The notes under the pieces: generated by a model | The model's input: the letters and a program-made list of their open reading frames with translations, nothing else | Database searches by the model: none | Told to the model about the DNA's origin: nothing | Position numbers and translations under genes: made by a program | Shown here: in pieces, positions 26,215-38,130 of the stretch | How positions within the stretch are numbered: the first letter of the stretch is position 1 | Layout of the letters: the number at the start of each line of letters is the position of its first letter | Source: Girardia tigrina | Taxonomy: Eukaryota | Direction of reading: 5' to 3' | DNA: 55,367 nt | Assembly (NCBI GenBank): GCA_001938485.1 | Contig: MQRK01204999.1 | Span: 1-55,367, forward strand

Positions 26215-26318
26215 CACGTTGACCGCCTGGCGCATTTTCCATGTTTGCCCAGGGCGTCAACGTGAATTTTTCATTATGCGAGTGCCGGTCTCCGGTAACC
26301 CCCACGGTAGTCAACGTG
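26215..26318. mobile_element. piggyBac-type mini-MITE (104 bp)
   Basis: TTAA flanks (26211-26214, 26319-26322); TIR cacgttgaccgcc / ggtagtcaacgtg (11 of 13 match). Confidence 0.82.
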
Positions 26319-29300
26319 TTAATGTGAGTATCTAACTTAAGTATTTATAATTAGTATTCGTATTCGTACTTATACGGATAAGAATCAGTAGCGTCATCTT
26401 CCTCACAATCTATTTAATCTTTTATACCACATTTACTGACAGATTTCTGTTAATTTAATAAATGCGTATCTACCAAATCAGTCTCTATAATTGACATACG
26501 TAATACAGCACTGATGTTTTATTTGTAGCCCTTACGCATATGAGAAATATTTCTTGTGAAATATCTCGAATATGTCGCGATTGGGAAATTTTAATCTTAT
26601 TTTTGGACACAAATGTTTCGCATTATACTCGAGTATATACGGTAATAAAAAACTCATTTCATTCTGAATTTATTTAAAGTCGCGTTTCGCCAGGTGATAC
26701 CATAATTCGGTATTTATGCAATTATATTAAAGTATTTTTATGTAAGATATGTAATATGCATTGATTATTAAAGTTCATTCAAGAAACCAAAGATTGTGTA
26801 AAAATAGCGAAATCGTGAAACTTAAAATCTGTCATTTCCGGAGCCCGGTAAAAGCGGAGAATCATTAAAGATGAACTTATTCGATAATATGTATAAATAT
26901 CCGTTATCACCTAATCAGTTATCTCTAAAATCTGGAATGAAAATATATAACTAAAATGTCATCCGGAAATGACATAGGAAAATGCTGTTACTTTGAATAT
27001 TTATTTCTGAATGTTTTCTAGTGAAGCAAAAATATTCAGTCGGTTCAAAATAGATATGTTTTCGAATTCAAAGTTATTGTAATCCAGGTTGTTTTCGGTC
27101 AAAAATGTTTTATTATAATTTGAATTTTAAGAATCGTATTATTCCCAGTTTTGTAAAAAATGATATTTGGAAACACATGAGAACCGAAAAGGGGTTAATT
27201 TGTGCATATTGTGTAAATGTTTGAATGTATTGAATCACACTAAGTGTTATCAGATAACAAAGTCACTTAGAATTAAAAATTATTCAAGTATCATTACAGT
27301 TTTATTTTTAAATTAAATAAATAGGTTAGTGGAAAATCATATTCCTTTTATGCGTTATTATTACTGTATCGAATGTAAATTGTGTAAAAATATAAATACT
27401 GTAGATTTATTTTGTTCATTTTAAAGATTAAGGAAATTCAAATATGTAAGTTTAAATTTGTTAATAAGACTTTCTGTTCGTTTTTTAACTCAATTTTTAT
27501 AATATTTTTCCAAATGTATTTCATACCATTTTAAGGTCGTTTATTCTGTACTATACATACTTTGTAACTATTTTTGTGAATATTTTAGCCTCAAGTTGAA
27601 AAAACGCTGATTTCTAACAAGTTCTTTTTATTGGAATTTAATTAAGATGTTTAAGCAATGGAAACTGTCCTTATCACCATAAGTATTTATGTTGAAGAAG
27701 CAATAAGTGATAGAGCTGTGCAAAAGATATTTATTGATTTAAAGATTTAAATTTTAAGTTGAGTGACGCGGATGACCAAAGTAAAAAATCAGACTTACAC
27801 AAAAAGAACATTTGAAACACTACATATTAAACAACATCGTCAAATAACATATGAATTGAATTTAGAATTCATAATGGGATCACTCATCTATCGTTTACCC
27901 TTAGCAATCATAGGGAAACCTTCAAAATTTGGGTGTCTGGGTCGTGCATATATAAAGTTAAAACACCCAACATTATCAAGTAACTATTACTGTCTATAGT
28001 TACATGCTCGTCAGAAATACCAATTAGTTACCTTAAGTCACAAGACAAAAATGTTGTCTTTACATCAATTTCAAACGAAGAACAAATGGTTTAGTCCGAA
28101 AAAACAAGATCATCATACGTGAAAAACAATTATTGTCGATAATTTTCTTCACAACTCTGTCGACTTCATGTAGTAATTAAATTATAAAATAAAATGAAGT
28201 GATTTAGCCACTCCTCACTGCAAAATTCACAAATTCGGCTTTTCTCGAGTTTGGATAGGACGTTTTCTTATTCGGCATACTCACTGTAACAAGAACAATA
28301 TGACTTTGACTTATTTTGGGATTTTTCGTACGAAATACTCGAAACATTCTTCAAAACTAATGTCTTCTATTCCTAAATTGGCTGCATACATTCTTCGGAA
28401 ACCATTAACTTCCAGAATGTAGCGATGCTTTGATAAATATTGCCAAAGAATATATTATTAAATAATTGATTTGTTTTTGTTGAATAAAAAATTTATAAAA
28501 TTTTCATCTGACAAAATTATGTTCTATGAATGTTTACAAAACGATTATTTACATTTAAAATACATAAAATGAAAAAATAATTAAAATTTATATTTTTTTA
28601 CAATTTATTTTGTTAAAATAAAATAAATAATTTGTACCTAAGTATCAAATATTATTTTTTTTATAATTTGCGAGTTAAAAACAAATATTTATTATAAATA
28701 AATAAATTATTTTTCATAGGTCATAAAACAGAATTTCGATATAAAACTGAATTTTTCATATTTAAAATAGTTTTGAGTTCAATCAATTTAATATTTAAGT
28801 ATTTTGAATCTGCATTTGTTTTTCATTGTCACCAAATCCTATATTGTTAGGTATCCTTATTTTAAATATCGAAAGATTCATTAGCTTACTAACATTTTGA
28901 AACATTAAATATTTTTATTATCAAAGTTGACGTCATTTAGAGTCGAACACCAATATTCTTCCTCTCGATTTTTTTACGAAATCTCTCACAAAAATAAGTT
29001 TTTAAACTTCTGTATCAGGAAATGTCAGAAAATTCTGTAGTCTCAATTATTATATTATGTCTCAATTATTTTATTTTGATTTTGAATATTTACTGATGAA
29101 TTTTAATTGAAAAAAACCTATTTGACTCAAAAATGAACAAAAACTCATTTATTTTAAATCAAAACTTTGTCGCTCTCGTCTTGAATTCTAAAGAATATAC
29201 AAAGAAAATAATATTTTTCGAAAATATGAAAAGAAATTGTTATAAAAAGTTTTCGATTCTTTTTGTCCCACGATTACTTCAATAAGTATTGTGAAGTAAA

Positions 29301-29479
29301 AAAATCCCTTGAAAATTATTATAAAATAAATCAACAATAATAAATTTGAATTTAAATAAATGTACAAATAAAAATTTGGAAATATCTGTTTATCCTTTTT
29401 TGTAAACATCTTTGTTTAAAAGTACATTGTATAATTTAATAAGAATTTTTCATATTCAAATAAAATTTCTTTGTGATAA

Positions 29480-30080
29480 TAATAGTTTTTCTGTGAGGGA
29501 TGTCATTGTAAAATTAAAGATGGAAGGTAAATCACATCGGGTGATCAAAAACCTTCTGGGAGTTTTCATTAGTGTGATAAAAAAATGTGAAAACCTTTTA
29601 CAGAGCTAATAATTTTGAAATTAAAAGAAGAAATAGTAGTTGAAAATCAGTTTTGAGGATAATAGAAATGCGGAATTTGAAGTTATAAAAGTTCTGTTTA
29701 ACTTAGTAGTCGAGAAATAAAAGTTACAAGAATTTTGAATCAATGTAAGTATAGTTTAAGTTTTTAAATATTTATAAAAATGGGATTCTGATCGAAATTT
29801 ACTTCACCGAAATCTCTCTCCAACCAATCGACTTCGTAAATTAAGATTATCATTTCTCAGGATATATCGTGCTAAACCAGTTTAATTTTTTAGAAAAGTA
29901 TTATTAATCTATGAAATTAAAGTAAAGTAAAACAAAAAGACAAAGGTTTTTGACAAGTTTCAATGAAAAAATCACTTTTTATCAATCAGTTTGGTGTGAG
30001 TAACATGTCTTGGGATTGCGTTCTACCACAGAAGTAAGAAAGTTAAGAAACAGATAAAAATGATGGACTGTTCTGGATTT
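29480..30080 (+). mobile_element. highly degenerate Tc1-like remnant
   Basis: VRDVIVKLKMEGKSHRVIKNLLG (HTH); RKVLLIYEIK (decayed KVLFSDESK); SNMSWDC. Confidence 0.5.
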
Positions 30081-31499
30081 GCCACCGCAAAGCTCTAACT
30101 TCAAACCTATTAAGAACTATATTAAGAACTTGTGATTCTTAGAGAACTTAAGAACTTATTAAAATAACTTATTAGAAACTAACATTTTAAATATTTAAAA
30201 AAAACTTTCTAAAATTTAATTCGTCGATTTAAGTAGCTCATTGTTAACGCCGTTTTCTGAAGTGAATAAGTGTCGTGGTAGTTCGATTTCATAATAACAG
30301 ATGTCATGTACATGTCATCTAATAAAATGTATGTTTGGGAGTTAAAATTTATGATTAAACTCTTGTGTTAATAATCACTGTTTTTTACTAGTATTCATGG
30401 TACTACTTAACGCACTAGATATATTTATTATTTCTTTATTTATGGTAAAAACAAAATTAATTGTGATACTAAAAATATAAGAATAATGTAATTAAAATAT
30501 TTTAAAAAATAAAGGTTCATTTTTATTTTGAAAATATAAATATTTATATGTAAAGTAAGTAACGCAATATAGATCAAATTGTACTTACTAAAAATATATT
30601 TGGCTACCCTTAGCTGTTATTAGTTTTTAAATTATTCAGTATATATTTGGTAAGTTACTTAAAAATGTTAGAAATTATTAGAGAACTTATAGAGAATTAT
30701 TTATCAGAACTTTTAATGTAGTTTCGATTTATTTCATGTTATTTTGGAGATTTCGGAGAGAAATTAATTATTTTATCAGGATTTTTACAAGGGAAAGACT
30801 TAATTAAGTTGTAAATTTTCAACTGTGTAACAATATATTCCCATAATGCCAGATCATAAAATCTCTGTGTTACAGAGTTTTCTCTTAGAAAAAGGGTTTC
30901 CATATACATATTAGGTCTATAACTTGTTTGTTTTGGATTCCTAATAAACATTCTTGTACAATGGCATCTATACCGTTTTAAAGTGTTGGAATCACGCATT
31001 TAAATGTAGTTTGTCATTAGCTATAAAATCGTTAAATAAATTAAGTAATCGTGAAAGCGTAATTAACATTTTTAATCCAGTTTGTGAGTGAAAATTCGGA
31101 ATGTTGTAAGTTTGTTGTTTGTATTCTGTTTAGATTGGTGACTCCTACTCATATGGGATTGATATGTTTATTGATTAATTATTTAAATCTAATGAAATTA
31201 ATTTATGAGATTAATGTTTAAATACTAATTAATTAAAAGTTTTATAATTATGAATTTTAATAATATTTTTAGTAAACGATTTTAACTTATTGAATTTAAT
31301 ATAATTTAAAAAACTAATGCTTATTTTAAAAATTACTTAATTCATTTTTATCCAATAAAATTTTGAGAAATCAAAAGTTAATGTTATTCTTATTTCATTA
31401 ATTAATTTTAAGATTAGAATATATTGACAAAAACATTATTCAAAAACGATGCTTCCCGAAAATTGTGCTACTGACCACGAGTCTGTTTGTTTTATTAAT

Positions 31500-32430
31500 A
31501 AATGTTTACACGCGAATTTTGATGTTGTTAATACAGTTTAAACATCAAATTTCGTACAACAAAATAACATTTGCAAAAAGAATCAATTTTTTCTTTGATT
31601 GTAAAAGCTGCTGAAAGTTTTCGTGTTCTTTATAAAACTTATGGTGAACATGCACCAGCAGAACATGCTTGTAACAACTGGTTTAAATGATTCAAAATAG
31701 GGAATTTTGATGTCAGTGTCAAAATACGTTCCAGTCAATCAAACAAATTCGAAATTAAAAATTAAAAACATTATCGAACGAAAACTGAACTGAAAAAGAA
31801 AAAGAACTTGACAAACAATTGATTGCCCCTCAAGCAGTTATAAGCAACGTTTACATGTCAGGAAAATGATTCAAAAAGAAGTATAATGGATACGAAATGA
31901 AGTGACTGAAGTTAACATTGAAAATTGTTTAATGGTTTGTAATTCTTTTCTTACAAGACACCGAATATAGTCGTTTTTGCATGAAATTGTGATTGGCAAT
32001 GATAAATGGATTTAATACCATAAAGTTAAACGCATAAAATCATAAGTTCTTCCTAGTAAACCATTCACATTTACAGAAAAACAAAACTTAATTTTATAAA
32101 ACTTCAACAGAATCAATCTCATTTTTCAAATATTAGATCAGAAAAAATGATTTATTTTGAGATACTGAAACCGAATGAAACTATTACTTCTGAATGTAAC
32201 AAACATCAAAAACAATTTTGTTGCACGATAAAAACAGGTAAAAATAGGTTGGAAGCACTTAAATGGTAATTGGTGTCCCATCATATCAATCTAAAGTACT
32301 CTTCAAGATTAGGGTTTCATAAACCACGATCACAATAAAAGACATACATTTTTTTCATAGAAGTCATAAATTGTGAGAAAGATTATCGAAATTCATAGTT
32401 AACAATAGAAAAATTTTGATTAAAATAACA
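31500..32430 (+). mobile_element. degenerate mariner
   Basis: KAAESFRVLYKTYGEHAP...NNWFK*FKIGNFDV; WIRNEVTE (WVPHEL-like); FLHEIVIGNDKWI. Confidence 0.8.
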
Positions 32431-33281
32431 TGTACCATTTCTTAAATATACACATGCTCTAATAATTTTATTGAAAATGTTTAACATAAAGAAAAGGTAG
32501 AACGATTGATCAAAATATAACTTTTTTATAATTGGAAAAACAACGGTTTAGGTAAATTCTTACACCTTCTGCAGTATTGTCCTTTTTCCATAACTTGATA
32601 TTAACACTAGTAATTTATAACATACTAGTTTCTTCTCGTGTTTGATTAACAAACTAACTTCTTACTGTATAAAAATGAACTTTAATAGGATCAGAGTTCA
32701 ATGTTTCAAAACCTTATCTTAAATCTGAGATATTAATAATAGATAATAACTATCGAGTTAATATTGCCCCAGATGATAATACGATATTATTTTTCGTTGC
32801 GTTTCTTTTTCTTATTCTTTAAGATTTGTCTAAGCTGTATTATGAACTAACGTAATAATGTAATTATCATCTATTAATCTCCATTTGCTATTTGTCTCAA
32901 AGTATAACATATTCCAGGATTGTCTCTATTCCTTTAATGCAACAGGATTTTTATATAATAGGAAAGAATATAAAGTCGTATTTATTTTATAAAATCAATT
33001 CAACCGATAATTATCCTTCGTTTTGGTATACATACACTGTTTTTGTCTAATATATACTCTAATATGTAAGTTCTCACCCAGATTTGTCAATAAAAAGTTT
33101 ATAAAAAATATTAAATTAATTAAAAAAAAACTTTTTTGTAATCTCATTCATTATAATAGTCACTAATAAACATAAGAGATAAAAGAAAGCTTACTTTTTT
33201 TTACAAAATATGGGATATTTTTAAATTTATATTTTTGAAAAAAAGCAAAATTTTGTTTATTAATTAACATTTTTTGTTTAG

Positions 33282-33388
33282 ATATTCTGTAATAGTAGTG
33301 CTATTGCAAAACATAAGCTCACTCATAGCGATGAACGAAAATATGTATGTGATATTTGTAGTAAAGCTTTCAAAAGACAAGATCATTT
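33282..33388 (+). CDS. ZNF541: ZNF541/TRERF1-like gene, coding exon 2
   Basis: Acceptor tttttgtttag; encodes [35 protein letters not shown](L); donor gtaaga at 33389 (phase 2). [11 protein letters not shown] is the motif I recall from ZNF541 finger 2. Not the frame given in the ORF track. Confidence 0.88.
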
Positions 33389-33443
33389 GTAAGACTATTT
33401 TATATATTTTCAATATGTTAATATGTTTTTCTTTTCTTGTTAG

Positions 33444-34086
33444 AAATGGACATAAACATACACATAAAGTTAATAAACCTCATGCCTGCCATTTTTGTGA
33501 TCGATCTTATAGTGACGCAAGAAGTTTAAAAAGACACTATGAAAATCAGCATCAAAAAGAATACAAGGAAAAGATTTCTGTAAGAAACAGTGGTTCTGAT
33601 GATAATGGAAGTTTGGCTCTTAATGTTTTTGAATATTTTGAGGATCATAAATCCGTCAAATGTGATGTATGTGATCGTGGTTTTAAAAACCAGGCCGCAT
33701 TAAATGGTCATATGAGACTGCACGGGGGATATGGACAAACGAAAAATTGTATTACTGGACCTGGCGAACCAAAAGTTAATACCACTATAAATTCTACAGA
33801 GAAAACAATGGAATCCTTAATTTCTTTTGCTACGGATAAACAATCGGATTCATTAAATCGGGTTCATTCTAATATTATTTTAGTGAAATCTAAACTAGAA
33901 AATAATTTCGATCGGCCAGTCCAGTCGATCAAAACATCAATTCCTTCAGCAACGGTAAAATTTGCCAAACAATGTGATACATCATCTGTTATTGTTTTGA
34001 ATTCGGACCATTTTACGAAATCGCCAGCGTATAACCAATCTCTTTCTCCTGAATCCCAAATTGTTTTAGACTCAAACAATCTTCAG
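33444..34086 (+). CDS. ZNF541: ZNF541/TRERF1-like gene, coding exon 3
   Basis: Follows a 55-bp GT-AG intron; (L)NGHKHTHKVNKPHACHFCDRSYSDARSLKRHYENQH and CDVCDRGFKNQAALNGHMRLHG (ALNGHMR finger typical of TRERF1/ZNF541); donor cag|gtatac at 34087. Downstream exons not identified. Confidence 0.88.
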
Positions 34087-34098
34087 GTATACTTGTAT

Positions 34099-34100
<2 letters not shown>

Positions 34101-34139
<39 letters not shown>

Positions 34140-34169
34140 TGTTATTATTATTATTAATATCATTAATAA
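34101..34169. repeat. (AAT)n/(ATT)n microsatellite just inside intron 3
   Basis: Direct inspection; gives the spurious poly-Ile in the ORF track. Confidence 0.9.
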
Positions 34170-34171
34170 TA

Positions 34172-35360
34172 TTGGGTGTACAACTAATTAATTTCGTATT
34201 TTTTTGTTAAAAAAACCATTTATTTAAGTATAAAAGTGAAAAAATATTTTATTCAAAATATTGTCCATCGGAAGCGGCAACTNNNNNNNNNNNNNNNNNN
34301 NNNNNNNNNNNNNNNNNNNNNNNNNNNNNNNNNNNNNNNNNNNNNNNNNNNNNNNNNNNNNNNNNNNNNNNNNNNNNNNNNNNNNNNNNNNNNNNNNNNN
34401 NNNNNNNNNNNNNNNNNNNNNNNNNNNNNNNNNNNNNNNNNNNNNNNNNNNNNNNNNNNNNNNNNNNNNNNNNNNNNNNNNNNNNNNNNNNNNNNNNNNN
34501 NNNNNNNNNNNNNNNNNNNNNNNNNNNNNNNNNNNNNNNNNNNNNNNNNNNNNNNNNNNNNNNNNNNNNNNNNNNNNNNNNNNNNNNNNNNNNNNNNNNN
34601 NNNNNNNNNNNNNNNNNNNNNNNNNNNNNNNNNNNNNNNNNNNNNNNNNNNNNNNNNNNNNNNNNNNNNNNNNNNNNNNNNNNNNNNNNNNNNNNNNNNN
34701 NNNNNNNNNNNNNNNNNNNNNNNNNNNNNNNNNNNNNNNNNNNNNNNNNNNNNNNNNNNNNNNNNNNNNNNNNNNNNNNNNNNNNNNNNNNNNNNNNNNN
34801 NNNNNNNNNNNNNNNNNNNNNNNNNNNNNNNNNNNNNNNNNNNNNNNNNNNNNNNNNNNNNNNNNNNNNNNNNNNNNNNNNNNNNNNNNNNNNNNNNNNN
34901 NNNNNNNNNNNNNNNNNNNNNNNNNNNNNNNNNNNNNNNNNNNNNNNNNNNNNNNNNNNNNNNNNNNNNNNNNNNNNNNNNNNNNNNNNNNNNNNNNNNN
35001 NNNNNNNNNNNNNNNNNNNNNNNNNNNNNNNNNNNNNNNNNNNNNNNNNNNNNNNNNNNNNNNNNNNNNNNNNNNNNNNNNNNNNNNNNNNNNNNNNNNN
35101 NNNNNNNNNNNNNNNNNNNNNNNNNNNNNNNNNNNNNNNNNNNNNNNNNNNNNNNNNNNNNNNNNNNNNNNNNNNNNNNNNNNNNNNNNNNNNNNNNNNN
35201 NNNNNNNNNNNNNNNNNNNNNNNNNNNNNNNNNAAAATTCAATAAAATTGACTATTGACTACATAAATAGATATGAGGTTAGTAACAAATTCGAAATGAG
35301 GTAACAAATACGAATATAAGGTTATTTCGTAACAAATACGAAATTAATTAGTACACCTTA
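34172..35360 (-). mobile_element. mariner, same family as 1-367; interior is an N-gap
   Basis: 34172-34282 is the near-identical reverse complement of 258-367; other TIR tacgaaattaattag(---)tacacc at ~35338-35357; TA at 34170-34171. Confidence 0.88.
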
Positions 35361-35663
35361 TAATATTAATTATTATTATAATTATTATAATAATGTCATT
35401 ATTTTTAGAATATCCTGTCTTTAATTTACCTTAATAATTTATTTATCTAATCAGCAAATTCTTTAATTAATTTATTTATTTATTATTTTTATCTTTATAT
35501 TTAACAAATTTCTAAATAATAAAAGTACTTTTATTTGGCAAAATAATATCAATAACAAATGGAATATTTTTTTAAAGGAAAACGCCTTTTAAATGTTATT
35601 TAATTTTATGATAAACTTTCATTCATAATATATATAAGAATATATATAATCTATTTCAACAAT

Positions 35664-36854
35664 TATGTAACCGTAAATCAGAAAATCTTAATTAATATTG
35701 TATTTGGCTATCCATGAATTATTTATTTGAATTTTCTGAATTATTTAGTTTTTTCATTATTTAATCGACATTTTTTTACTTTAGACATGGGCAAAAAGTG
35801 TGATTTACAGCCAACTAAAATTGCTTTGATCAAGACATTTGTTGATAAACAAACATATTTAGTTAGTCAAATGGCTGCTAAATGTGATGTTTCAATTGCT
35901 AGTGTCAGCAAAATAGGGAAATTAGAAAATGTGGATGGTATGGCATCACAGAACCTTTCGCAATGTGGTCGTAAGCGAAAAATAAATAAAAGCTTAATTC
36001 GTGAAATCAAACGGAGCCCATCACTTACAGTACCAAGCTTACGTAAACATTTGCTAACATCAGGAAGCGATGTTAGGAAGACAAAAGTTTGGAGAAGAGT
36101 TAAAGAGGCAGGTTGCAAATCAATAAAACCAGTCCCGTGCCCCTGTTGACATAAGCTATGAGGAAGAAGAGGTTAGCCTTCGCTAAGCGATTCCGAAAGT
36201 TGTCAGTTACTGATTGGAACAAAGTTGCATTCAGTGACGAATCCTGCTTTGAATTTGGTATTGGACCTGCTAAGAAAGTTTGGGTGACTTCTGTTTTCCA
36301 TCAACCACTTATTCAAAGAGTGAAATTTCGTGAAAAGGTAATGGTATGATGAATAATGAGTTCGTTTTGTGCAGGTAGACTTCACATTTGTGAGGGATTA
36401 TGAACCAGGAGAAATATTTGGATGATTTGTGGAAACTGTGTTAGGCCACAAATGAAGGAATGGTTCACAGATGGTAGTGGAACATTTATGCAAGATGGAG
36501 CTCTCTGCCATACAGCGAAACGATACATTCAGTTTCGTCGTCAGAATGGAGTGGCTCTTTTGGACTGGTCTGACAACAGCCCAGATTAAAAGCCAATCGA
36601 ATCTCTTTATGCTATTGTCAAACAGAAGCTTGCTGACCATCCTCCATCATATACCAAGCAGACACAAATTATAAATATTATTAGTACATGAATAGCGTTT
36701 CTTTTGCTGAAACCTGCTCCGAACTTGTTTCCACCATGCCTGATAAGATTAAGGCAGTTATTCAAGCTAAGGCTGGTCACACTAAATTTTAGTGTTTTGA
36801 AACTGACTATGGTGATTGATATATCTGATGTTTTTTTTGTGACGGTGCATGTCT
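35664..36854 (+). mobile_element. Tc1-like transposon, frameshifted; ends approximate
   Basis: MGKKCDL (35788), CGRKRK, WNKVAFSDES, FMQDGALCH, DWSDNSPD*KPIE, MPDKIKAVIQAKAGHTKF*. Confidence 0.88.
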
Positions 36855-36926
36855 TAAATATATAAATAAATAAAATAATAAATACTTTTGGATAAATAAT
36901 ATGTTCTAATGCTAGTGTTTCTAATA

Positions 36927-36968
<42 letters not shown>

Positions 36969-36994
36969 TAATAACTTTCTAATAAGACAAAAAG

Positions 36995-38130
36995 TTACTT
37001 AATTAAAAATATTTATTATTGTCGTTGCCATTCTATTCCCATTTTGGATGTTAATGAATGGGATATAGTGATATACAATATAACCTCTCATAATGTGAAT
37101 CAAAGTTAGTTTGAAGAATATAAAACTCAGTTTTTGAGATGAAAAGGTTCTGTACTTGCAACAAACACAATGATCAAGAACCTTACTCGATCGACTCAGC
37201 TGTGAATGGCCGCTAATCTGTGTTTTGAGATGACAATTTGTCTCTACAATGTACAAGTTATTACAGCCGTAACACTAGAATTTATATACAAGATTAGCTT
37301 TTAATGTAGTCAGTTCTCGATTTCACTGTATGGAAATCTCTCACTTTGAATATTACTGACACTATTTTAATATTGTCCATATTTCTATCGATTGCATTTT
37401 TAAAATTTCTAAATCCCTGAGTAAATGGTATTTTTATAATTTTAGATCGCTCCCCCTCATCCTTCCTTTTGATCTTTTGAGTCTGGAATCTATTCAACAT
37501 TATTCTAATCTTAGTCTCTATTTTCTTATTTGCGTACATATTATTTTACAATTTTCCTGAGAATATCCAGATCATTGCATGCATATTTATAATAAGAAGA
37601 AAGATACTAAACTTTGTATATAATAGAATATAATGCAACATCAAAAAGTTATTATGAGGAGAGATATAAAGATACTATGATTAAAGGGTTAATTCACAAA
37701 TACTACCAAACACTAATTAATAACTGATGATGGTCAATGCTGATCTAAACATATTCTATATTAACATTTTTTTTACAAAGTGCTTTATCAAATATTTATT
37801 CGAATAATATCAATCTAATGTTTACCAAACTATATATATGTGTTAATTACTTGGTTGTACTGTCTTATTAATAATGATTCACAGAATTGCCGCTCGTATT
37901 GTGAATCAAAGCCCTTCAGTAAAACAGAAAAAAATATTCTTTGAAATAGAAAAGATTCTAGTTTTACAATAGTTTTTGTAACTAATGATCAAGAACCTTA
38001 CTCGATTTACTTGATTGCGAATGCTCATTAATCCATGTTTTGAGATAATTATTTGTATCTCCAATCTAAGCCTCACTCGACTGTGACATAACTCTGTATT
38101 ACAAATAATACTCACTATTGGCGCACAGGG
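36995..38130 (-). mobile_element. Penelope-like GIY-YIG remnants (two partial copies)
   Basis: IKIPFTQG...KANLVYKF*CYGCNNLYIVETNCHLKTQISGHSQLSRSSKVLDH, and second copy IGDTNNYLKTWINEHSQSSKSSKVLDH; opposite-strand degenerate hammerhead at 37718-37763. Confidence 0.78.

Noticed and set aside
26618-26644. Tc2/pogo-like terminus tatactcgagtatatacggta
   Set aside because: Only one end is recognisable and there is no transposase evidence.
26830-26974. 13-bp inverted repeat tgtcatttccgga / tccggaaatgaca as a MITE
   Set aside because: No TSD and the arms do not extend.
33274-34191. 305-aa single-exon ORF from the ORF track
   Set aside because: Its N-terminus is exon 2 in the wrong frame plus the 55-bp intron, and its C-terminus is an (AAT)n repeat in the next intron.
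34236-35304. Long ORFs spanning N-gaps or (TA)n (also 1452-1719, 4836-5585, 45043-45705, 50208-50423)
   Set aside because: Artefacts of Ns and microsatellites.
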